Below, in pieces: positions 12,801 through 22,700 of a DNA stretch of 47,764 nt. Each line of letters opens with the position of its first letter. Position 1 is the stretch's first letter. A program made the position numbers and the translations under genes. This stretch comes from Rhizaria sp. SCN 62-66 (taxonomy: Eukaryota), in assembly GCA_001724265.1 (NCBI GenBank), contig MEDY01000226.1, forward strand, positions 1-47,764, in the 5' to 3' direction. Under the pieces are notes generated by a model. The model was not told the DNA's origin, ran no database searches, and saw nothing but the letters and a program-made list of their open reading frames with translations.

Positions 12801-13451
12801 TCCATCTCCTTCGATGCTAAGGGGCTGCGCCAGATCGGCATGATCCTCGAGGACTGCGTGCACGCGCTGCGCCCCGCTGTGGCCGCTCACTTTGAGACCG
12901 AGCTGCCCGCGCGCACCCGCGGCTTGCTGCCTTCGCTGCGCTGCCCCGCTGCGCTGGACCGCGTGCTCGAGGGCTACGTCGATGTCGACGTCGTCCCCGC
13001 GCCGCTGGGCAAGAACGGCAAGCGCCCCTCGGGCCCCCCCAAGGGCCCCAACGGCCGCGCGCTCTCATCGACGCGCGTGCGCAACGTCGATTCGCGTCTC
13101 GTGGTCGTCATGTTCACCGACCCCTGCGACGACTCGTACACGCACCTGCCCGCCATCGCCGACATGGTCGCCGCGACGACGGCTAAGCACGCGCCCAAGG
13201 AGGGCGAGCCGCTGCCCGTGGTCTTTTATCACATGACAGCTGAGGCCGCGGCCGAGACGCCATTCGCGGACTCTCTCGAGACATTCCCCACGTTCGTGTT
13301 CTTGCGCTCCGGGTACGAGATGGGCGAGTACCGCGTCACCGCGCAGCCCGGCGAGGACGTTGCCAAGACCGTCGGCGTCACCGTCGACGCGCAGCTCTCG
13401 GCCGCCAGCGTCGAGGACCTCACCGCCGCGCTCGCCGACGTCGGCATCTGA
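9846..13451 (+). CDS. 1201-aa multi-domain thioredoxin/PDI-fold protein without CXXC
   Basis: Single long ORF with strong GC3. PDI-like segment (TRDTFRELVIES..ALVLFC..FDMTTNDIP) and C-terminal Trx-like segment (LVVVMFTDPC..ETFPTFVFLRSG). Beta-rich N-terminal domain and acidic linkers. Stop TGA. Confidence 0.7.
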   Translation: MASILNADFTVVSYNGGAIAGPTGVAKVLTAKPMEPFAPRSTHRGSTFDLVLEYRGEGDFSLSHIVFQAPNYSHVTAPLTAGIVFVSATAPNIAAYSSQFDNACADSYQEAPIAGAPVPAGFFRFAPSGPAAIAPILASSARGRFVHIKFTESAGTDENIDFGPFFLLGSRSSAGSDVATVVRSTGAGYDEMAEDVAACVAAGLMRAPVDRFQVNTLTADNENTLTDMPFVCLVAADDLSSPAHADTKVARAALAAVADAYHTAAAAAAAEAAAANTPNAPRLSRAVNFVVIDATTEASVAERIVQFMGSDVADLTALTAVVTAFANSTATHPAAAVAAATAAAHPTSQFYLLPGLTPADLTEEATEDGSGDPDVTDMNTPLPGAPRAAPMPEAVVPEPKAGAALTLAGGARFVLAAVDARGASVKHVLGAGRNTSAHIAAALAAKNIPALSVSSDATADADAELVKGFAAFAQAFGLACQERNKVHGDSDDADAAFDSAPALPPSADSVAALSAAAAAATADKTDEDDEEDAEQDDDALLASGAAVAEADEALLELLESKLNSAPRLPGDRHPHFPALTVATRDTFRELVIESSAPALVLFCDVSFERATFAAAALALVANVLAEHAVGVTPVLFDMTTNDIPEEFYDDDVYEQMKLYVKKPPAPAKKPAVGGGNKKGGKVAVSLKALQQAPKPICTNAAGLEVFVHDLEYNSLDDDEEDDEEDDDQDAANTNEDPVEGEEQTLSLLDIMNHLREHAAFAFKAPKGSTADKALTASVTAASEFLEALGDTTRSPASIFASLRTVAKIRGVEAWLLPKENTLAAAAIKLYKDAYEAGMAAMRALVFPVGTLMVPLSAPVPAGIDLSGARDVKDIAPGLTRHAKVVNNSLEAIQGIFQGQKTCRAFLRMLTTMLCTHPDVCLAAVAKNKPAFAKFGAAYAAALEQTGVFTVTPRLPEPVVAALGVSYAKTDALLAKLTDAAQFDSVSISFDAKGLRQIGMILEDCVHALRPAVAAHFETELPARTRGLLPSLRCPAALDRVLEGYVDVDVVPAPLGKNGKRPSGPPKGPNGRALSSTRVRNVDSRLVVVMFTDPCDDSYTHLPAIADMVAATTAKHAPKEGEPLPVVFYHMTAEAAAETPFADSLETFPTFVFLRSGYEMGEYRVTAQPGEDVAKTVGVTVDAQLSAASVEDLTAALADVGI

Positions 13452-14338
13452 GTGACGCAAGTGCGTTTGAGTTAACTGCACTGTTCGAAGTGCACCGCCG
13501 GTACTAGCTTTAAAAGCCAGTCAGCTTTATTCGTGAGCAGGGCCATCGTCACTCGCTACATCAATGCATGACACAATATTCAAGAAATACATCAGATCAA
13601 ATTTTGTTACAGGTAACACGATAAGAATACTACTATGTGATTGGAGTGATATGATAAACATAGTTTGTATTATATGAGAGGTGTGAGTAACTTTTACAAT
13701 GTTGATACGTAACTAAGATGCGTGCGTGTCCGGGATGTGGTTTTGGCGTGAGGAACATAGAATCAAGTTGGAGTAAAATACGTGTTTCCACTGAGACATG
13801 TATGTGTGCGGGCGTACGCCGAACTTCGCAATAAGAAGCAGTATGCATTTCTGCAACCGTCTGGGATAGCGAGATCGGTACACACGCGCAACACAGTCAT
13901 ACATGTGATCATAGAAGAGGATAATGAGAACGGCAAAACGAGGCAGAGTTGGCTCAATATGGTTGAGTGTAGCATGAAGCGCGTCACACGCGCTGTGCAA
14001 CATGGGAATGTTTCGCGATGTTATTAGCACACAACACGGTTGCGCTGTTGCAGTCCGTCCATGATATGAAACGCTTGCAGCGTTACATGCGGCGTCACTA
14101 GCCGCGAAACAACCATGACACAAAACAAGACAGATCGAACCCGCAAAGGACGGACGAAGACTGCATGTGTAGCGCTGTGGATGTGAGGCGAACCGGGAGC
14201 TAGCGCAATGCGCACGAGTGATACACACCGTTAGTAAGGCAGCATCCATTAAATCAATAATTGATTGCATGAAAAACGAAAATTAAATTACAACAACAGC
14301 AAACCCATACGGGAAGATAGACACAAGCAAAATATACA

Positions 14339-14364
14339 TTGCACTTTGAGTTGCACTTTGAGTT
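14339..14364. repeat. 12-bp tandem duplication TTGCACTTTGAG x2
   Basis: Direct reading. Confidence 0.8.
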
Positions 14365-15175
14365 TAAAGTAAACCACAACTAAAGTACAAAACACAAGAC
14401 AAGTACAAACAAATTTTAAAAAAGCAACACAAAAAACCATTACAAAACTCAAATTACGCTCCGCTGAGTCAGCGTGACTGGAGAATGACCATGCACTGCA
14501 GCTGCGTACAAACCGCTGCAAAAACATTTGGAATTACTTTCCAGCCACACACAGAACTGACAAAAGTAGAGATTGGGTACATCGTAAAGAACAAAACTCC
14601 TGAAGATGTGAGTGCGACTGCCAATGCTATTGGTGACTGCTATAACTGCACTTCAGTGCACTGGGCTAGGTACGAGAGAGTGAGAGCGCAAAAGAGGGGT
14701 GAACGCGACACACACGCTACCTACAGAAACCTCGCGTCTTCTTAAGAAGAATGTACCAAAAACACCAGCACGAAAGTCGTGAGCGTTAAAGCACACAAGA
14801 ATAGAAAAAAACAGACTCACTTAAAGATACTTTAACACTGTGATTATTTTGCACTTACTGCGGCGCAGAGAGGTCACATACACAGAGGAGGAGGTAGAAG
14901 ATACGAAGAGAAAAAAATATTCCACTGAGTTTGATGGTCACAAATCCAAGCCGACATGCATGGAATATAAGCAATATCAAAAATAAAATGTTTGACAAAG
15001 AAATGTAAGGATTGACAAAGAGTTGGAATAGGAAGCAACACAGCCACAAAAATAAATAAAACATTGTCAAAATTAGATTATAATCCCGTATTTTAACAAG
15101 AATCGGGAAACTGTTAAAACACTTTTCCACTGCACTCACTGTTTGACACTGGCAGCAAAAAAGGCCGGAAAGTTG

Positions 15176-15893
15176 TTACATCGCACCGCCACCGCCAAAG
15201 CTGTGCTTGCGCTTCATGCCCATGACCTGGAGCTGCTGCTGCTGCTGCTGCTGCCCGTACGGCATCACAGCCGCCGGCGAGTCGTTGACATCGCGGTCGT
15301 AATGCACATTGTGGCCGTTGTAGCCGTCGAAGCCTCCGCGGTGACCGCGCTGCGCGCGAGGGGAGTAGTCGCCGTTGCCGTGGCCGTTGTCCGCGCCATC
15401 GCCGTAGTCGCCCTCGTCGCCATACTCGCCGTCGCCGGTGTGGTCGGTGTGCTCATAATGGTAGCTCTCGCGCATGGCGCCCACACTGCCACTGCTCTCG
15501 CCGTCGTAGTCACCGTACCCGCCGTGCGCGTGTCTCCGGTCGTAGTGCCCGTAGTTGTTGTAGTCGGGGGCCTGCGGGTCGCTCTGCTCGTCGCCAGTGA
15601 AGGAGACGTCGTAGCCCGGACCGCGGCCACGCGCGTCCTGTGTGCTGTCCCAGTCGTTGTTGTCCTCCTCGCCCGTCTCCGAGCGGCCGTGATCGTGGCT
15701 TGCGCCGCGGCTGGGGTCGTACCAGTCATCAAGACCCGCGCCCGCGGTTGCGATAGGGCCGGGAGCGCCGAAGCTCTGGCGCGAGACCCCGGCGCCGGGG
15801 CCAGCGCCGAAGCCACGCGGCGGGCTGCTGCTGTTTGAGCTGTAGCGCGGGATGTTGCCGTAGTTGCCTACGTTCTGGTAGCCAGCGAACTGG

Positions 15894-15926
<33 letters not shown>

Positions 15927-16719
15927 CCGGAAGCGCCCCAGCCGCCGGCGTTGGCGGCGCGCGGGCTCGGGTTCGCAGCGCGAAAGCCCGCACCAACGCC
16001 ATTGGTAGCATTGACATTGCCATTAACGTAGCCATTGCCATTACCAGCAACGTTTCCATTGCCATTACCGTAGTAGTTGTTGTTGGCACCGTTGTTCGCA
16101 GGCACAGGACTACCCGCGGGGCCAACGGTGACGACGGCGGCGGCGGCCGCAGCGGCCGCGGCAACAGCGGCGGCTGTAGTGGGCGTCAGCATGCGCGGCA
16201 CGATCGACGCTTGGCGCTGCTGGCCCTGCGGCTGCGTTGGCAGCTGCTGCTGTTGCTGCTGCTGCTGCTGCATCGGTGGCTGACCAGGAGCACCGCGCCC
16301 ACGCATCTGTTGCTGCTGAGACAAGTACATCTGCATCTGTTGTTGCTGCTGCTGCTGCTGTTGTTGCTGTTGGAGCTGAATTTGCACGAGCATCTGCTGG
16401 TGCGGCTGTAACTGCGCGTTCTGTCCATTTTGCACGAACTGTTGGGGCGGTGCTGACGGCTGCTGCATGCCGCTGCGCGCAGGGGGCAGCGCGGCAAAGC
16501 CAGCGCCAGCGCCGTTGTTATTGTGAACATTGGCGTTGGCACCGACGCTGGCGTTGACGTTGCCCTGGTTGAGTGTGCCCATGGAGACGCCACCGGTGGA
16601 GAATGCAGCGATCAGCGCCGCGGGCGGGAGGTCCGACGACAGATGCGCAATGAACGCTGCGCGCGCCTGCGGAGTCATGTTCTGCAGCGCGGCAAGCTGG
16701 CCTGGGTTGAGGCTGAGAC

Positions 16720-16754
<35 letters not shown>

Positions 16755-19700
16755 GGCTGCTGCGGGTACAGTGGCACCTGCTGGAACTGAGTTGCGTTGC
16801 TGGTGCCGTTGTTGTGGTTGTTGGCGCCCGCTCGTGGGGTGCGCGCCGGGACCGTGTTGTTGATGGCGCCGGGCCGCGGCGACGCGTTAGGGTTGCGCAG
16901 CCCCGCGCCCGCGTGCGGCGACGTGCCCACGGGCGAGCGCGACGGGCTCGCGCCGGGGCTGTTGCCGCCGCGCCCGGCGACCGTGAGCATGCCAATCTTG
17001 GCGGCGTCGCGGCCGAGGCTTCCGCTCTCGCTGCGACTGCGGCTGCGGCCAACCATGAGGAGCTCGCGCGCGCGGCTCGAGTCAGCGCCGTTGATGATGC
17101 CCTGGCCACCCTGCATGAGCCCGAGCCCACGGCCGCGGCTGCCGCGGCTGGAGCCGGACGGCGAAGGCGCAAAGGGCCCGCCCGCCGCGTTGTGGAACGA
17201 AACGTGTGACACGATCGCGTTGCGCGGCAAGCCGGGACCTGCGTCGTTGCCGACCGCAACGTTGTTGTTTGCGTTGCCAGCGGTGCCAGCGGCGAGAGCG
17301 CGTAACTGAGTTTGCTGCACGTCAAAGAGTGAGAATTGTTGTTGCTGTTGCTGTTGGAGAAGCTGTTGCTGCTGCATTTGCTGAAGGATTTGCTGCTGCT
17401 GCTGGGCAAGATTATACTCATTTTTACCCTTGTTGGCAAGAGCCGCACCGGCAACAGGACCAGCGGCGCTGCTGTTAGCGTTGCTATCGGTGTTGCTATT
17501 GACATTGTTGGTATTGCTGTTGGCGGTACTGTTGACATTAGCGTTGCTGTACTGGTAGACGCGGTCGGGACGCACAGTGACGTTGACTGACGAAGGCCGC
17601 GGCCTGCCGCCAGCGCCCGCGCCATTGCCAAGATTGTTCGACAGAGCCAGCGCGGCCGCGCCAGCAAGCGGAGCCAAGGAGCTCGCACCCGCGCCGCCGG
17701 CACCACCGCCCACGCCGGGCCCATTGCCTGCGCGGTCGCCGGCGCCGACACTGACGACGCCGGCGCCGAGACGCGAGTCCTCCGCCGTGCCGGCGCGAAT
17801 CCACGCCACGTCCGCCGTGCTGGGATCGTCAACGGAAGAGATCGCCAGCACGGAATCGGCGCGCAGGTGTGCGGGGGCGCGCGCGCTGACGCCGGCGCTG
17901 GGCGCGTCGTGCTCGTGGCGGCGGTGCCCGCGGCGGGGGAAGCAGTCAGGGCACATGCCGTGGCAGTCGCCGCGGCAGCCGCAGTCGGCGTCGCACCCAC
18001 ACTCGTCCTCATCGTCGTCGTATATCTTGTTCTTCTGTGCCGCAATCGCGGCCGCGGGCACAGCGTATGGCGGCGGCGGCTGTTGCTGCAGCTGCGCCTG
18101 CGTGGCGACCCCAGCACCGGGCGCGATGACAGTCGGCGCCTGCAAGGGAGCGGCAGCGGCAGCGGCACCGACTGCTATTGTGACAGGGGCGTTGCCGACC
18201 GCCTGAGCAGGGCCGATGGCGTTGTTCGCCTCGTTAGCGGCAGCCATAGCCGCGAGCTCGCCCGCGTAGCTGTCGTCGATGTCGTCATCATTGTCGTCGC
18301 CCTCACCGTCGCCGTCAGTAGTGGCAGATGTTGCTTTGCCGGCGCCGGCGCCCTTGCCTGCGACGTTGGCGACGCCCCCCTCGTGCTCGTACAACACCTG
18401 CAGCGTCTCGTGCCGGATCGGCGGCGGCACGGCGTGTGGGAAGCGCTTGTCCATGACGTGGTGATAAAAGTCCAGCGCCGCGTCATGCAGGATATCGCGT
18501 TCTTCGCCGCCGTTGCCGCTGCCGTCGTCGCCGTCGGCGCAGTCATCCGAGTCCTCGCCGTCGGCGGCGTTGCCGTTCGACGAGCCCGCCGCAGCGCCCA
18601 GCAGGCGCGACGGCAGCGGCGCAACAGCCACGCGCGGGTACTGCGAGTCAAGCGGGCGCGGCGCCTCGCGCGGCTGCAGCGTCGTCGACGCATCAGCCTC
18701 GTCGCCGATCACGCCCACGCTTACCGCGGCGTCGGGCGACGGCTTCAGCGGAGTGGGTACCGCGGCCTCGTGCGCAGCCACCAGCAGACGCTTGCGGCGC
18801 GCGCGCGAGCAGCGCACGGCGATGAACACGATGAGCAGCAGAACGGCCACGGCGGCTGCGACGGACGCCGCGATGACCGTGATAGATGACGCACCAGACT
18901 CGGTCGCCGGGATGCCGCCGAAACCGATACTGCGGGGGCACACAGTTGCCGCGTCCGCCTGGTTCAGCTCGCAATCAACGTCGCGGACGCCAACGCCGCG
19001 CGAAGTGTCGATGGCGGAGAGCACTTGTCCGCGGAAAAAAGTGGAGTCCGAGTCGCGCATCGCACCGTACTGCGCCTTAAGCGCGCTATGGACCGCGGTG
19101 GACGAGTACGTCGCGTTAACGTCGGCGGGCAGCACGGTCGTGCGGAGCAGCATCGATGGCACTGGCAACAGCGAACCGTCTTCAGTGTATGTCTGCACGT
19201 TACTGGCGGATGCCATGGGCACAAACATAAGATTGCTGAGCGTTGGCCGCATAGACGCCGTTTCAGCGCCATGACTGCGAGCGTCGCTATCCACATTAAC
19301 GCCGACATTGACACTGGATGAGTTGAACGCGTCAAGCAGGTCCGTGTCGAGCGCGGGGTGCGGGCGCAGCAGCCACATGACGACCTGCTTGCTCGTCACA
19401 CGCGCAGTGCGCACGTACGCGTGCGGCACACGCAGCGCGAGCGCGAGCTCCACGGCGGCGCTCAGGGCCACCGCGCGTGGGTCCGCGACGACGTCGCCAA
19501 TCCAGCTGCTCAGCGGGCCGACCTCAGTCTCGCCCGACGCAGTGGTGGTCGCCGACGTCGCCTTCGAGGACATCGAGGAGGTGTTTGTCGAGGACTCCGA
19601 GGCCGTGACAGGGATGACGACGGGCGCGCCGGCGGGCGTGGCGGTCTGGTCGAGCGCAAACGTGAGCTCAATATAGGGCTGCGCGCAGTCGTCGCCGGTG

Positions 19701-22700
19701 TAGCCGTCCCTGCACACACAGGCAGTGCAGTCGGCAGAGGCCATGCCGGTGCCGGCGGCGCACTGCAGCGAACAGCGGTCGCAGCCGAGCATGCGGCCGG
19801 AGACGGCGTCGCGGCGGCCTGAGCTCACCCACTTGCCGGTGCACTCGCACTCGGTCGAGCACTTGGTGGGCTGCGTCGTCGACAGCGCGGTGTTGACGCC
19901 GCTGTTGAGGCACAACGGCACTGCGGCGAGCGCGGACGCGGTCGTAGCCGTGCACGCAGGCGGGATGCGGCACGTGGTGCCGGTCCACCCACCGACGCAG
20001 GAACACGTGACCCATTGCTTCGTTGTGACCACGCCACCCGAAGGTGCGGTGATCGATGTGCCAGTCACGCACGTTGAGTTGTTCCCACACGTCGCGCAGA
20101 GGTCTGTGGTGCAGTCATCGCCGCCACGGCCCGCGACGCAGTCGCACGTTCCGGTGGCTTCGTTGCATACGCCGTAGCGGCCGCAGTTGATCGAGTCGCA
20201 GGCCGATACAATGGCGATAGGCCCCGAGGGCGTGGCAACGCCGCGGCTGTGCAGCAGCACGACGCGGTACCCAGCTCCCGGTTTGAGGCCGTAGCTGCCC
20301 AAAGGCGGGAAGGCGAGCGAGAGGCCCTGGCGCGCAGCGAGCGCGACGCCGAGCAGGAGTCCCGCGCCGGAGCCGGGGGGCGTGAGGTACGCCAGCACGG
20401 GGTCGTCGGTCGAGCCGCGGTAGTCCCAGCGCACATTGACGCGCGAGGGCGCCACGACGATGCGCGGGCCCAGCTCGGCGCAGATGTTATCCAAACCGGG
20501 CGGGATCGTGCACGAGTCGCCGATGTGGCCGTTGACGCACACGCACGTCTTGCGCAGCGGCTGCGAGTACGCCAGCACGGGGTCGACGCTCTGCCGCACA
20601 GTTGGCGACTCGGGCAAGCACTTGGCGCGCGCGAGCCCCGAAACCGTGGACAGCACAGTGTGCGCGTTGCACACAGAGTTGAGCACCACGCACGTACTAC
20701 GTGGCACAGGTTTCGTTAGCGCGCTACAATGCGCGTCGTCGACGACACTCACGTTCTGAACTTTCATTATCACTGTTGTTGTTGGACTCTGCCGCTGTTC
20801 GCACACGATGCGTGAGATCTGCTCTCCGACGCCGCACGCGGTGTCGCAGGCGCCGTAGATAATGCGCCACGCGAAGGTCGCGTTGCAAGGCCGCAAGTTG
20901 CAGCTCGTAGACAGATCGGGCATCGTCGCGTTCGCAGTCACGCACTCCGATAGTGGCAGCAAGTCAGGGTCGGTGCTGTGGCCGTTCGCCTGCACAGCAA
21001 ACGCGGCGCCCGCATCGAGTGCCGGGAGCTCGGTCACCGACGCCCCCGAGGAGGGTACGGTGCGGCGGCAGACGACGGAGCGCGTCATGACACCCGCACC
21101 GCAGTGCGCAGAGCACGCGCTCCAGGCGCCGGCAAGGTAGTGCACGGCGCCGCAGGGCGCGGCGTAGCGAGGACACTCGACCGAGCGCGCGGGCGCGGTC
21201 GAGCCCAGCGCGAGGCAGTAGTCGACCGCAGCCTCGGACACGTCAGACAGCGCCAGCGTCTCAGTCGAGACGGCCGCCACGGTGAGCGACGGCGTCGAGG
21301 AGGTGGTCGCCGTGACAGTCGTGGTCGCAACTGAAGGGTCCTTGGGCGTGGTGGAGTTGACCGAGACGGAGCATGTGAGCTTGCGCTCCGTGTAGGCGCC
21401 CGCAACGCCCGCGGCGGCCGTGGTCGCGGCGAGCGAGCAGGCCAGCGGGCACGGCAACGGCTCCCCCGCAGTCCAGCGCGGGCACTCGACTGCGGGGCAC
21501 GGCCGGCGCAGCGCTGGCCGCTCCTGCGCTGGGCACAGCGACTCGCTGGCGGCCGTGGTGTTAGACAGCAGAGACACGCACTGGGCGGCGCGCGTCTCAA
21601 ACCGGTCGCCGCACGCGGGCGCGCAGCCGGTCCAGGGCGTGGTGAGCCATTGGAAGCACAGCCCCGGGTGGCAGAGTAGCTCCGCCACCGGCTTGTGCTT
21701 CGTGGGACACATGCGGTCGACGAGCACGGCGCCGTCATGGTTCACGCATTCGACAACGCGCGTGAGCGTGTCGCCGCGCGCGCACGCGTCGGCCGAGCAC
21801 GCGGGCCACTCGACCGTGCGCCACACGCGTGCGCACGCCTGCAGGTTGCACGTGCGCTCCACCTCGGGCTGCGTGGCGCCCGCGCAGTAGGAGTTGGCGA
21901 CGACGGCACCCGAGGCGGCGACCACGCAGGTGACCACGCGGCGCGTCAGGCCGCCGCCGCACGCGTGCGAGCAGGGCGGCCACGCCGTCACGCGCCACTC
22001 GTGCCGGCCGCTGGAGCCCACGGTCGCACCGGGGCACGGCGCGGGGCAGTCGCTGGAGCGCGCGGGCTGCGACGACGCGTCGCAGTATGAGTCGGCGACG
22101 ACGCGGCCGAAGGCGTCGCTGCACGCAACGGTGCGGTAGCGCGTAGCGCGGCAGGACGTGCACGCGCCCCAGTCGCTAGCGATGCGCCAGACGTACGTGT
22201 CGCACACGGGCGGGTCGCATGTCTCGGTCAGCGTCGGCTGCACGACGGCCAGCGAGTTACCTGATGACTGCGCGGCCGCAGTGCAGTACGAGGAGTCGAC
22301 GAAAGAGAAGTTTGTCAGCGAGGCTGTGCTGCGGATGGCGCCCAGCAGCGTCCAGACTGAGGTCGACTCGGCATCGAGCGTAGGTGTCGCGATCGAGTCG
22401 AGAGTGATGCGCATGCAGCCCACGTAGCGGACGCGCTTACCCGTGCCCGGAACGCCGCACTTGACGGACGAACATGACGTCAGAAACGGCTGTGTGGCCT
22501 TCGTCGGCAGCAGCTTTGCCAGCGACACCGAGGAGACTTCGAAGCCGTGCAGGCGCGCCGCGGGCGGGCACAGTGGCGGAACAGGCACCGCCGTGGTCGC
22601 GGACGCGGGCACGGAGCATGAGCCCCAGCGGCCGGCCAGCCAGACATACACGTCACAGGACTCAGAGCCGCCGCGGCGACACGTGCGCACGCGCGGCGGC

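Noticed and set aside
13713-14270. 185-aa minus-strand ORF ending in TAG
   Set aside because: No coding-like codon bias or motifs; not counted as a gene or as evidence on stop usage.
17965-17980. CRGDC integrin-binding motif
   Set aside because: It lies C-terminal to the TM, so it is predicted cytoplasmic; RGD arises easily in GC-rich coding DNA.
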